Positions 8,080 through 18,980 of a stretch of DNA of 64,000 nucleotides are shown here, piece after piece. The notes below the pieces were generated by a model. That model saw nothing but the letters and a program-made list of their open reading frames with translations, did no database searches and was not told the origin of the DNA. This DNA comes from Caldilineaceae bacterium (lineage in GTDB: Bacteria; Chloroflexota; Anaerolineae; Caldilineales; Caldilineaceae): contig CBDETM010000002.1 of NCBI GenBank assembly GCA_965242905.1, positions 4,281,998 through 4,345,997 on the forward strand. The letters are read 5' to 3'. Positions within the stretch are counted from its first letter, which is position 1; every line of letters begins with the position of its first letter. Position numbers and translations under genes: made by a program.

Positions 8080-9558
8080 ATGATGGGCGATCAGAATTCA
8101 ACCAAGCAGTTGACTTCGCTTGGCGTGGCGGAAGCGCGTGCCGGCTTGACAGCTGGGCACTTTACCTCCGTCGAGCTCACGAAGGCCTTCCTTGAACGTA
8201 TCGAGCAGGTGGACGGTACCTTGCATGCTTTTCTGCGGACAACTCCGGATGAGGCGCTCGAAGCGGCTTCCAAGGCTGACTCCGCGCGCGCCCGCGGAGA
8301 CACCCGTCCACTCTTGGGCATCCCGCTCGCCATCAAGGACGTGCTGATGACCAGCGGGATCGAGACGACCGCCGGCAGCCGCATCCTGGAGGGCTTTGTT
8401 CCCCCCTACTCCGCCACCGCCGTGCAAAAGCTGCTGGCCGCCGGCGCCATCATACTGGGCAAGACCAACACCGATGAGTTCGCCATGGGGTCGAGCACCG
8501 AAAACAGCGGCTTTGGCCCCACACGCAACCCCTGGGACTTGCAACGTGTGCCAGGCGGCAGCAGCGGTGGCTCCGCAGCCGCCGTGGCCGCCGACGAGGC
8601 GCCGGCTGCACTCGGAACTGACACCGGCGGCAGCGTTCGACAACCCGCTTCGTTCTGCGGTATCGTTGGATTGAAGCCCTCTTACGGCCGCGTTAGCCGC
8701 TACGGGCTTATCGCCTACGGCAGCAGCCTTGATCAGATAGGGCCCATAACCAAGACCGTCGCTGACGCCGCTCTGCTGCTTGAACTGATCGCCGGTGCGG
8801 ACCCGCTTGACAGCACAACCATGCCGGCGAATGCGCCGGACTTTTCAGCAACCTTGTCCGGCGACATAGAAGGGATCCGCATCGGCATCCCCGAAGAATA
8901 TTTCGTCGAAGGCATCCAGCCGGAGGTCGAAGACGCAGTCCGCTCTGCCATCGATCATTTCGCCTCTCTCGGGGCCGAGATCGTACCGATCGGCCTGCCC
9001 AATACGCATCTGGCTTTGCCAGTCTACTATCTGGTCGTTACCGCAGAGGCCAGCGCCAACCTTGCCCGTTACGATGGCATCCGCTTTGGCCTCAGCGTCG
9101 ACGGCGATTCGATTTTCGACCACTTCCGGCAGACGCGCGGAGCAGGCTTCGGCCCCGAGGTGAAACGCCGCATCATGCTGGGAACCTATGCCCTCAGCGC
9201 CGGCTACTACGATGCCTACTATCTGAAAGCCCAGCAAGTTCGCACGCTGATCAAGCAGGACTTCGAACGGGCATTTGAGGACGTTGATGTCATCCTTTCG
9301 CCGACCTCGCCCACCACCGCGTTTCGCATCGGCGAAAAAGTGGACGATCCGCTCGCCATGATTTTGACCGACATTTTCACGACCAGCGCCAATCTGGCCG
9401 GCCTGTGCGGGATAAGCGTCCCCTGCGGCTTCGACGCCGACGAACTGCCCATCGGCCTGCAACTGCTCGGCCCATCTATGGGTGAAGAGAAAATATTGAG
9501 GGCGGCCTACGCCTACGAACAGAGTACGGAGTGGCGCCTGAGGAGACCGGTACTGTGA
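8080..9558 (+). CDS. gatA: Glu-tRNA(Gln) amidotransferase subunit A (amidase signature family)
   Basis: 492-aa ORF. Amidase signature [13 protein letters not shown] and [23 protein letters not shown]. Directly follows gatC. Confidence 0.92.
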   Translation: MMGDQNSTKQLTSLGVAEARAGLTAGHFTSVELTKAFLERIEQVDGTLHAFLRTTPDEALEAASKADSARARGDTRPLLGIPLAIKDVLMTSGIETTAGSRILEGFVPPYSATAVQKLLAAGAIILGKTNTDEFAMGSSTENSGFGPTRNPWDLQRVPGGSSGGSAAAVAADEAPAALGTDTGGSVRQPASFCGIVGLKPSYGRVSRYGLIAYGSSLDQIGPITKTVADAALLLELIAGADPLDSTTMPANAPDFSATLSGDIEGIRIGIPEEYFVEGIQPEVEDAVRSAIDHFASLGAEIVPIGLPNTHLALPVYYLVVTAEASANLARYDGIRFGLSVDGDSIFDHFRQTRGAGFGPEVKRRIMLGTYALSAGYYDAYYLKAQQVRTLIKQDFERAFEDVDVILSPTSPTTAFRIGEKVDDPLAMILTDIFTTSANLAGLCGISVPCGFDADELPIGLQLLGPSMGEEKILRAAYAYEQSTEWRLRRPVL

Positions 9559-9814
9559 AAGTCATCTGTTCTTTTAAGCAAAAGAACTGCCTGACTGAGT
9601 TGGCCCGTAAAGGCCTCAGTAGGTCAATCCCCTGGGCTTCAGCTTTGGGCGCAGCCGCTGCAGCTGGCCGGCAACGGCTCGGTTAAGTCGCCGTCCGTTG
9701 TGCAATCGGCTCTGAAGGCTTCCGTCGGAAACGCAGACGCTTGCGCTCGCCCAAGGCATCTGGCAGGCATCGAAACTACCCGTCCCCACTGCATTGAACC
9801 AACTAGAGACGAAT

Positions 9815-11083
<1,269 letters not shown>

Positions 11084-11156
11084 CAGCACCTGAACCCGAG
11101 CTGCTCGGGCTCTCCTGTGTTCCCTGCTATTCGCGCTGCTGGCAAAGTGGAACCGG

Positions 11157-12605
11157 TTACTGGCTTGGCGTCGGAGTTGGGCTGGGTGTCGGCGACGGTT
11201 CAGGTGTCGAATCGGCAGTCGGTGATGGGGTGGCAGTCGGCGTGACCGTAGGCGAGGGGGAATTCACGCTCGGCAGCAGCAACTGCACCGGCAAAGACGA
11301 GATGGTGAGCGACATCGCTGCCGACGCATCGATTCTCCCGTGACCGAACTTGTCGTCCTTGCTGGCGTCGCCCAAGTCGACCGCGCTCTGCTGGATCACC
11401 GCTGCCACCTCTTCAGAGGACAGACCCGGAGCGGCAGACAGTATCAGGGCGGCCAGTCCTACCACGTGAGGCGTTGCCAGGCTCGTTCCATTCACCGATC
11501 GATACTCCTCATGCGTCGGGGGAAACGGGCTGTAAATGCTTACCCCAGGCGCAGCGATATCTACAAAGGTGCCCGCGCTTGAGAACCAGGCGTGGGCATC
11601 GTCTCTGTCAGTGGCGCCGACGGCCACTACGTTGTCGAGCGCAGCAGGATAGGTGACGGGATTTCCCTGTTCATAGAGGTTTCCGGACGCCGAGAACACG
11701 AGAGCCCCTTCATTCGCGGCGTAGTTTATCGCGCTCTGCATCCCAAATGATGGGCCAAAACTGATGATACTGATGTTGATCACGTCTGCGCCCTCGTCCG
11801 CAGCCCAATAGAGGGCGCACGTAAGGTTGCTGCTAACGCCCTGACCCTGATTGTCCAGCACTTTCACTGGCAAGATCTGGGCGTTCCAGGCCAGGCCGGC
11901 TATGCCCCTCTCGTTATGCGCAGCGGCCGCAGCCACCCCAGCCACCAAGGTTCCGTGACCGTAATCGTCGTCCGCTTCGGTGTCTTCGTTGACGAAGTCG
12001 TACCCCTCCAGAACACGCTCCTCCAGTTCAGGATGGTCCAGATCGACGCCCGAATCGATCACCGCAATAATCACATTGCTACCGGTGGAAACCTTCCAGG
12101 CGGCTTCAGCATCGATTTTGGCCAGCGCCCACTGCCTGTCGTAGAAGGGGTCGTTGGGTGTTCCCCCACGATTCGCTGATAGCAAGGTCGATTGCCTCTG
12201 CCTTGATCCGGCGCCGCCATAACTGACTACTCTTCCCTCCCCAGCGGCAATCTCACCCGCCGAGGCCGCGAAGATCAAATAGTCCGGTTCAGCGTATTCC
12301 ACCGCTGGATCCAGCATGAATGCCTCCGCCGCATCCAGTTCAGTTCCCGGGCGCACACTGTGCAAATGGACGGAGCCGCAAGATATCGAGGAGGGACGCA
12401 GATCAAAGTGTTTGGCCGTTTCCTTCATCGAAACGGAGGAAAAGCCAGAATTGAACTTGATCAGGATGCGGCCGGTCGCGTACGTTTCCTTGCTTCCGAC
12501 CAGTCTTGGAGACCGTAGTCTGCCCGAACAGGAAGATAGAACCGAAAGGAGGAGAATGAGGCAGAGAGAAATGTGAAATGAGCGACTAAGGGAAGAAGTG
12601 ACCAT
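11157..12605 (-). CDS. S8 family serine peptidase (subtilisin-like) with a lipoprotein-type signal and a Pro/Thr/Ser-rich C-terminal tail
   Basis: Catalytic D/H/S blocks AVIDSGVD, HGTLVAG and GTSLATPHV. Signal ...LLLSVLSSC. Tail SPSPTVTPTATPSPTADSTPEPSPTPSPTPTPSQ. ATG at 12605; the ORF is open to a TTG at 12641. Confidence 0.88.
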   Translation of the reverse strand: MVTSSLSRSFHISLCLILLLSVLSSCSGRLRSPRLVGSKETYATGRILIKFNSGFSSVSMKETAKHFDLRPSSISCGSVHLHSVRPGTELDAAEAFMLDPAVEYAEPDYLIFAASAGEIAAGEGRVVSYGGAGSRQRQSTLLSANRGGTPNDPFYDRQWALAKIDAEAAWKVSTGSNVIIAVIDSGVDLDHPELEERVLEGYDFVNEDTEADDDYGHGTLVAGVAAAAAHNERGIAGLAWNAQILPVKVLDNQGQGVSSNLTCALYWAADEGADVINISIISFGPSFGMQSAINYAANEGALVFSASGNLYEQGNPVTYPAALDNVVAVGATDRDDAHAWFSSAGTFVDIAAPGVSIYSPFPPTHEEYRSVNGTSLATPHVVGLAALILSAAPGLSSEEVAAVIQQSAVDLGDASKDDKFGHGRIDASAAMSLTISSLPVQLLLPSVNSPSPTVTPTATPSPTADSTPEPSPTPSPTPTPSQ

Positions 12606-12726
12606 TGAAAAGCAGCAATGAAGCGCCGAATTACTCTTCAAGTCCGTAAGTTTGAAAATGCAAGCTCTGGGTTCAAGCCTCTGACAAGTTGACGAACACT
12701 TTAGCGCTGTTCCACAGGCCCCAACG

Positions 12727-12735
12727 ATTATATCA
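12727..12735 (-). promoter_or_regulatory. extended -10 element TGATATAAT (minus strand), possible promoter of the S8 peptidase gene
   Basis: The reverse complement of ATTATATCA at 12727-12735. About 120 nt upstream of the 12605 start. No good -35. Confidence 0.35.
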
Positions 12736-12935
12736 TATCGTGAAATCGAGTCTGCAACGTTTCCAAGAAGCAGCAGGCCCTCCCCATGAGGCCCCCGCTC
12801 GTCAATTCCTTACACCAGACCATTAGGGGCATCAGTTCCTTTCTCTCTATCTGCATTGAAGGATCTCTTGATGGCACCAGCCAACCTGCAGGCCACTTCC
12901 CGCCATCTGCTTGCCTCCCGGAACCACCTGAACTC

Positions 12936-12964
12936 TTGACGCACATATCGGTGTCGAGTACCAT
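12936..12964 (+). promoter_or_regulatory. possible promoter TTGACG-N17-TACCAT for the D-aminoacylase gene
   Basis: -35 at 12936-12941 and -10 at 12959-12964, about 48 nt before the ATG at 13012. Confidence 0.35.
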
Positions 12965-13011
12965 TTCTATGCACCGCAAACACCTCTATCCACATTTCAA
13001 GATAAATTCAC

Positions 13012-14649
13012 ATGCCTGAACACGAAATTCTCATCCAAAATGCACGCATCGTTGACGGCTCGGGTTCTCCTTGGCGCTACGGTGATGTGGCCTTGGCAAA
13101 TGATCGCATTGCAGCAGTCGCTCCACCCGGCGCCATCCCAACAGAAAATTGCACCGAAGTCGTGGACGCCAGCGGGCACGTAGTCTGTCCCGGATTTGTC
13201 GACATTCTCAGCCACTCTATCCTGTCGCTCATGGTCGACGGCCGCAGCCTGTCCAAAATCTCCCAGGGCGTAACGACGGAGGTAATGGGCGAGGGATGGA
13301 CGCCAGCCCCCTTGGGCGGAAGAATCAGTGCCGAACTACCCGTTCACCAATTCACGCAACTCTTGGATCCAGCGTGGGCCGAGCGAATGGCGTCTTGGCG
13401 TCGCTTCCGCGACTGGTTGGAGGCCATGACCGATCAGGGTGTTTCACCCAATATCGGTTCCTTTCTCGGCGGGGGTACGCTGCGCAAGTACGCCATGGGA
13501 ATGGACATGCGACCCCCCACCGATGACGAGATGGCGACGATGAAGCGGGTTACCGCCGAGGCTATGGAGGACGGCGCATTCGGCGTCTCTTTCGCGCTTA
13601 TCTACCCACCCTCCAGCTATGCTACTACCGACGAAGTCGTTGAGATCGCCCAGGCCTTCCGCCCCTACAACGGAATCTACATCACCCACCTGCGCTCGGA
13701 AGCCGACGCCTTTATGGAGGGGCTGGAGGAAGCGCTTTCCATCGGCCGCAATGCCGATGTTCCGGTGGAGATCTATCACCTGAAGGCAGCCGGAACCCGC
13801 AACTGGCACAAAATGGCCTCAGCAATGGAGCGCATCACCGAAGCCCGGTCACAAGGAACCGATGTCACTGCCGACATGTACTCGTACCCAGCTGCAGGAA
13901 CCGGTCTCACCTCCGTCTTGCCGCCTTGGGCTGCAGCCGGTGACAAGCTCTACGAAAACATTCGCGACGGCGCCATGCGCGCCAGGATCAAGGAAGCTGC
14001 CCTCTATCCGACCGGTGACTGGGAAGCAATGGCCGATCTCGTAGGACCGCAGGGCGTGATGCCTGTTGGCTTCCTGAAAGAAGAAAACCAGCAGTATGTG
14101 GGCAAGACCCTCTCAGAGATCGCAACAAGAATGGGCGTGGACTGGCCGGACGCGGCTATGGATCTTCTCGCATCAGAAGAGCAGCGCATCAGCACATTCT
14201 ATTTCGTCATGAGTGAAGAGAATCTGCGGCGCCAGCTGCAACAGCCCTGGATCATGATCTCCACCGACGCCGGTGGGTTGGACCCATCCTGGGCCGCGCC
14301 AACCGGCCCCTACCATCCACGCGCCTACGGCACCTACAGCCGCGTTCTGGGAAAGTACGTCCGCGAAGAAAAGGTAATTTCGCTGGAGGACGCAGTGCGC
14401 AAGATGTCATCGGCACTCTGCGACCGGCTCGGACTGCGTGACCGGGGCCAGCTGCGCGAGGGCTTCTTCGCCGACGTGGTGATCTTCGATCCGGAGACAG
14501 TCGGCGACCTGGCAACCTTCACCGAACCTCACCAGCTCTCCCTCGGTGTGCGCGATGTCTGGGTCAACGGCGAACGAGTCTATAAGGATGGCGCGCACAC
14601 CGGGGCGACACCCGGTCGCATCGTATCCGGCCCAGGGCGGCGAGCATGA
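13012..14649 (+). CDS. N-acyl-D-amino-acid deacylase (D-aminoacylase, amidohydrolase superfamily)
   Basis: 545-aa ORF. The N-terminus ILIQNARIVDGSGSPWRYGDVALANDRIAAV...GHVVCPGFVDILSHS is typical of D-aminoacylases. Confidence 0.8.
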   Translation: MPEHEILIQNARIVDGSGSPWRYGDVALANDRIAAVAPPGAIPTENCTEVVDASGHVVCPGFVDILSHSILSLMVDGRSLSKISQGVTTEVMGEGWTPAPLGGRISAELPVHQFTQLLDPAWAERMASWRRFRDWLEAMTDQGVSPNIGSFLGGGTLRKYAMGMDMRPPTDDEMATMKRVTAEAMEDGAFGVSFALIYPPSSYATTDEVVEIAQAFRPYNGIYITHLRSEADAFMEGLEEALSIGRNADVPVEIYHLKAAGTRNWHKMASAMERITEARSQGTDVTADMYSYPAAGTGLTSVLPPWAAAGDKLYENIRDGAMRARIKEAALYPTGDWEAMADLVGPQGVMPVGFLKEENQQYVGKTLSEIATRMGVDWPDAAMDLLASEEQRISTFYFVMSEENLRRQLQQPWIMISTDAGGLDPSWAAPTGPYHPRAYGTYSRVLGKYVREEKVISLEDAVRKMSSALCDRLGLRDRGQLREGFFADVVIFDPETVGDLATFTEPHQLSLGVRDVWVNGERVYKDGAHTGATPGRIVSGPGRRA

Positions 14650-14715
14650 CCGCTCCCGACGCGCCCCCCTTATTCTGGGGGGCCGACTCTCCCTGGTCTC
14701 TTGGAAGGCAACCTG

Positions 14716-15705
14716 ATGTCCATCTCTTCCACTATCGAGAGCTATCTTGAAGCTGCGGACACCGGAACGGCCTATACGCGCCGTACCTACCGAACGGCCA
14801 TGAACCTCTTCCGCCAATATCTGGCCGAAAAGGGGATCCCGCCGGAAGTCAAGGACCTTGAAGACCTCGATGTCGACCGATTGCTAGCCTTTTCGACCTG
14901 GCTCCTGGAGGCGGCCAGTATCGGCCAGCGAACTCTTACCACCTACCTGGCCGCCATGATGGCCTGGGTGAGCTACCTGCAGGTGCGAGGCTGGTTGCCG
15001 TTCACGCCGCAGGAGTTGGCGCGCCTGCAGGAAGGGATCAAGCACGTTCGTAGAACGCAACGCCCACCGGAACTGATACCCCATCCCCCAAGGCCTGAGG
15101 AGATGGAAATGCTGGTCACTGCAGCACGCGAGACCGTCCTGCGCCGACCGGATGATCCGCGCGCACGGCTTGCCAAGCTGAGGGACATCGCCATCGTGGA
15201 GACGCTGCGTTGCACGGGCCTGCGGGTCGGCGAACTGGTCAGCCTCACGCGCAAGCAGTTGGAAGACCAGGATAGAGCCGTGTGGGTCGTTGGCAAGGGC
15301 AACAAAGTCCGCCGTGTCTACTTCGACGAACGGTCCTGGGACGCGATTCACCACTATTTGCAGGCGAGGCAATCATTCGACGGCGCGACCGGCCGCCCGC
15401 TGTCCGACCTGCCGGTCTTTGCCCGGCACGACAAAAAGTCCGGCTCAAAAGTGTTGCCGCTGTCGACGCAGTCCATCCAGAATACGATTCGTCGCCTGGC
15501 CGAAGGGGCGGGCCTTGGCGCCAAGGGCATTACCCCCCACGCGCTCCGACACTTTTTCGCCACCCGTATCTACCAGACCACGCACGACCTGGCCGTCACC
15601 CAGACCGCGCTGGGACACGCAAGTCCCAACACGACACGCATCTATGCCAAACTCGAGGACAACGCTGTGCGTGACGCACATCGTGAGGCTTTTGAATCGA
15701 AGTAA
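14716..15705 (+). CDS. tyrosine-type site-specific recombinase (XerC/XerD-like)
   Basis: SAM-like N-domain (ESYLEAA...RTYRTAMNLFRQYL). Catalytic region ...TGLRVGELVSL...HALRHFFAT...LGHASPNTTRIYAKL (R..HxxR..Y). The ATG at 14716 follows GGAAGG. Confidence 0.85.
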   Translation: MSISSTIESYLEAADTGTAYTRRTYRTAMNLFRQYLAEKGIPPEVKDLEDLDVDRLLAFSTWLLEAASIGQRTLTTYLAAMMAWVSYLQVRGWLPFTPQELARLQEGIKHVRRTQRPPELIPHPPRPEEMEMLVTAARETVLRRPDDPRARLAKLRDIAIVETLRCTGLRVGELVSLTRKQLEDQDRAVWVVGKGNKVRRVYFDERSWDAIHHYLQARQSFDGATGRPLSDLPVFARHDKKSGSKVLPLSTQSIQNTIRRLAEGAGLGAKGITPHALRHFFATRIYQTTHDLAVTQTALGHASPNTTRIYAKLEDNAVRDAHREAFESK

Positions 15706-15742
15706 ACTGTGGGAATCAGCCGGCGGCAAACGGCCGGAAGCT

Positions 15743-16513
15743 TTACTCACCGCAGTCCGCGGTTTGCAGGTCTGCCATCAGCAGCCAGTAGGGAACGAAG
15801 CCGTAATACCAGGCGAGTAACAGTGCAATTCGCAGTCCGTGGAAGCCGTCCCGCCACCCCTTCAATGTGACAAAGCGGCGCCGCAGCTCCCGTACCGGTT
15901 GAAGAATCAAGTTGTGCGGCCTTAGTTGAACACGCTCTTGCTCGAGAATCCTGGCTTCGTAGCGGGCGTAGGTTCGCTGCTTGCGGTGAAACTGCTCCCA
16001 GTTCGCGTAGTTGTAGTGCAACAGCGGCTCTGCCAGCACTCCATCCTCCCCCTCTAGAATGACGACTTCGTGGACCTCTCTGCGCAGGTCGTAACGTGCA
16101 GAGCCCCTCCGCAAAAGGCGCAACTGATAGTCCGGGAAGAACCCGCCCCCCTGCATCTCATGGCCGACGATAAAGTTTCGTCGCGGAATCCAGAATCCGG
16201 CTCGGCGCCTGTCCTTGCACGCCTGCAAGACCTCACGTGCCAGCCCAGGCGTGGCCCGTTCGTCCGCGTCAATGAACAGAATCCATTCACTGTTGATGCT
16301 GTCGAGCGCGGACTGCCGTTGCCGGCCGTAATCGTCAAATGGACGCGCGACCACAAGGGCGCCTGCCCCCTGCGCAAGGCCCCGGGTACTGTCCTGACTG
16401 CACGAGTCCCAGACCACGACTTCGTCAGTCCAGCCCTTCAGCGCGTCGATGCAGTCCGCAATGTTCTCAGATTCATCCTTGGTGAGAATTACTGCCGTTA
16501 GGCGCGGCGGCAT
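15743..16513 (-). CDS. glycosyltransferase family 2
   Basis: LTAVILTKDESENIADCIDAL...ILFIDADE (DxD) is a typical GT2 fold signature. ATG at 16513; the ORF is open to a TTG at 16528. Confidence 0.8.
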   Translation of the reverse strand: MPPRLTAVILTKDESENIADCIDALKGWTDEVVVWDSCSQDSTRGLAQGAGALVVARPFDDYGRQRQSALDSINSEWILFIDADERATPGLAREVLQACKDRRRAGFWIPRRNFIVGHEMQGGGFFPDYQLRLLRRGSARYDLRREVHEVVILEGEDGVLAEPLLHYNYANWEQFHRKQRTYARYEARILEQERVQLRPHNLILQPVRELRRRFVTLKGWRDGFHGLRIALLLAWYYGFVPYWLLMADLQTADCGE

Positions 16514-16577
16514 CCGTAAAACCCTCAATTGCGCAGACTTTCAGTCGCCTGGCTGTCCACAACTGTGCCAGGTGTGG

Positions 16578-17582
16578 CTATCCGCCAGAGCTCAGTACGT
16601 TGGCATATGCGTCCAGCTGCTCCCCCAACCGATCGCCGCTGAGGCGGCCGCGGGCGAACTGGCGTCGGGCGGCCATCTCGTTCAAAGCCAAGCCCAGGCG
16701 CACCAGTGGCCGCAGGAGCAGATGGAATCCGTGCGGATAGCGGTGCCCATGGATCGTGAAGAAGCGGAATCGACTGGCCCACAGCCGTTCGAAGGACTTC
16801 CAGCGGACTTGGCTGCTGCTGCGGCCTTCGTAGTGAACTACCTGCGCTGTCGGCACTGCATAGGTCGGCATTCCCGCTTCGCGCATGCGCAAGCACCAGT
16901 CCATCTCCTCACAGTACATGAAGTAGCCTTCATCCAACAGCCCCACCGCGCGGATGCTCTCGCCCCGCGCCATCAGCGCAGCACCAAGCACAAAGTCGAC
17001 GGCAAAAGGCGTGACGCCCAGCCACTGCCGGCGCGAGTACCGTCCGTTCAAGCGGCTGTGCAAGAGTCGATGAGTCAGGCGGCTTAGGCCGGGCACCCCC
17101 GCCAAGGACATGAGGTCGAGTGCGATCTGCGCCAGCCCTGGAAACGCAAAGCCTCCATGTTGCAAGCTACCGTCTCCATAATGCAGCCGCGGGCCGCACA
17201 CGCCCGAGGTCGGATTGTCCCGCATGAAGGAGGCCAACTTGCCCAATGCGTCGTCCACCACCTCTGTGTCCGGATTCAGGAGTAGAACGAGATCGGGTGC
17301 CCCGGCAGCGCGTTCCTCGCTGTCTGCGCCAAAACCCAACCCTCTGAGCGCGAAGTTATTCGCGCGCGTAAAGCCAAGGTTTTCGGTCATGGCGATGAGA
17401 TTGACGTTCGGGAACGCATCGGCCACCATCTGCGCGCTGCCGTCGTGGCTGGCGTTGTCGACGACCGTTACGTCAACCCCCAGCCAGTCAGCGCTCAGTC
17501 CTGCCGAGTCAAAGACGCTCTGCAGGCAACTGCGCAACAGGTCCCGCACATTGTATGAGACGACAATAACTGCCAAGCGCAT
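16578..17582 (-). CDS. glycosyltransferase family 2 (rhamnosyltransferase-like)
   Basis: MRLAVIVVSYNVRDLLRSCLQSV... and LLLNPDTEV motifs. The ATG at 17582 has a GAAGG SD. The upstream ATG at 17645 has none and would overlap the preceding gene. Confidence 0.8.
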   Translation of the reverse strand: MRLAVIVVSYNVRDLLRSCLQSVFDSAGLSADWLGVDVTVVDNASHDGSAQMVADAFPNVNLIAMTENLGFTRANNFALRGLGFGADSEERAAGAPDLVLLLNPDTEVVDDALGKLASFMRDNPTSGVCGPRLHYGDGSLQHGGFAFPGLAQIALDLMSLAGVPGLSRLTHRLLHSRLNGRYSRRQWLGVTPFAVDFVLGAALMARGESIRAVGLLDEGYFMYCEEMDWCLRMREAGMPTYAVPTAQVVHYEGRSSSQVRWKSFERLWASRFRFFTIHGHRYPHGFHLLLRPLVRLGLALNEMAARRQFARGRLSGDRLGEQLDAYANVLSSGG

Positions 17583-17628
17583 AGAACTGCCTTCAAGTTT
17601 GCCTACCGCCAGGATTTTGGCCTGCCGC

Positions 17629-18948
17629 TCACTCCGTTCCAACATTCACGGTGATACGGTCGATGAAATCATTGGGGTGGCCATAGGCCTCATGAATCAA
17701 CCCGCCCCACCACAGAACGTTTCCTCCTGGCGGCCTCCCTTCAAAATGTATGCAGCCGCTGACCTCGCCGGAATTTCCAGGCATCAGATACCAGGCACTC
17801 TCCCCCTCGATTTCAAGGTATTCCAGGTCCTCCTGCCGTCCGATTGCCCACCGGAAGGGGTAGGGATACCCGGTTGTACTGAAATTGAGTCCAAACCGAA
17901 ACGCGCCTGGCAGTTCAAACCAGTACTTGTCCCGGTTTTCTGGCCTGGATGCGACAGAATTGAACGAATCATGAATGAAGTCCTCGACGAAATGGTACTC
18001 CTGCCCCGGCCAGGGACCGTTGGTGCGGACAGGCACGTCGCCTTCATTCTTGACAATGGCGTTGAAGCACAGCTTCTGACCAAGAGGCACACTAACGACT
18101 CGGTTGACTTCGTTTACCCAGTCGATCTCGCCTTGAACGACGTCAGCCCGCGGCCTGCCTCCCATTTCTATCGTTAGAGCGCGAGTCACCCGCACGCGAT
18201 TTCCGGCCAGATCGTTTGCCTCGCCAACGACCAGGTAGTCGCCGTCTGGAGGTGGTTCTGCGTTCAGGTCTACCCCACCAAAATATTTGTACGTGTGGTT
18301 GCCAGCTTCCTCTGGTTCGATGGTGTTTGGCCCTTCCGCGATATGCACTTTCAGGCCAGGCCTGTCAGGGTCCACAAGATAGACCTGAATGTTCTGCACC
18401 TCCTTCGTCAGGTTGTAGGAGATGCTGACCCAGTCGTCCCGCAATCCGTCCAGATTGGGACGAAACACCGTGGGCATGACCGCAAAACTCTCCAGTCTTG
18501 GAACCTCCGTGTCGCCGTTCTCCAGGGTGATGGCGCCGTCCGCAGTTTCCGTGTTGGCGCGATCATCCAATGCCTGAATGAACCAACGATACTTTCCGTC
18601 CGGCAAGACACGGCTGAGGATTTCATTGGTCCCGCCGTCCATCTGCTCAATCATCGGTTCATCCATAACACCCCCCCACAGCACACTGTAGCTGCCGGGA
18701 GAGCGGCGCCGGTCCTTGCGAAAGTAGAACCGTTCGCCTTCTTCGTTCTCGAAAAAGATGCTGACATAGGCGGAGCGGCTTAGCGTATAGCGAATCTCAG
18801 TTACGTCTGTATCTCCGTCAGCGTTGGGAGATATCTGATCAGGCGCTACCGTTACGTCGCGCAGCAGCGGCCCTATGCCAACGTTCAACCGGCCGCATCC
18901 GGCCAGTAGCAGGGCGAGCAAGATTGTACAAAGGGGATTCTTGGTCAT
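17629..18948 (-). CDS. lipoprotein with two Ig-like (FlgD_ig / SPNADGD-type) repeats and an uncharacterised C-terminal domain
   Basis: Lipobox LLLAGC. ISPNADGDTDVTEIRYTLSRSAYVSIFF...LPDGKYRW resembles FlgD Ig-like modules. I recognise no family for the last ~190 aa. Confidence 0.55.
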   Translation of the reverse strand: MTKNPLCTILLALLLAGCGRLNVGIGPLLRDVTVAPDQISPNADGDTDVTEIRYTLSRSAYVSIFFENEEGERFYFRKDRRRSPGSYSVLWGGVMDEPMIEQMDGGTNEILSRVLPDGKYRWFIQALDDRANTETADGAITLENGDTEVPRLESFAVMPTVFRPNLDGLRDDWVSISYNLTKEVQNIQVYLVDPDRPGLKVHIAEGPNTIEPEEAGNHTYKYFGGVDLNAEPPPDGDYLVVGEANDLAGNRVRVTRALTIEMGGRPRADVVQGEIDWVNEVNRVVSVPLGQKLCFNAIVKNEGDVPVRTNGPWPGQEYHFVEDFIHDSFNSVASRPENRDKYWFELPGAFRFGLNFSTTGYPYPFRWAIGRQEDLEYLEIEGESAWYLMPGNSGEVSGCIHFEGRPPGGNVLWWGGLIHEAYGHPNDFIDRITVNVGTE

Positions 18949-18980
18949 GGCAGAGAGGGCTGCAACATCAGATCCGAAGA

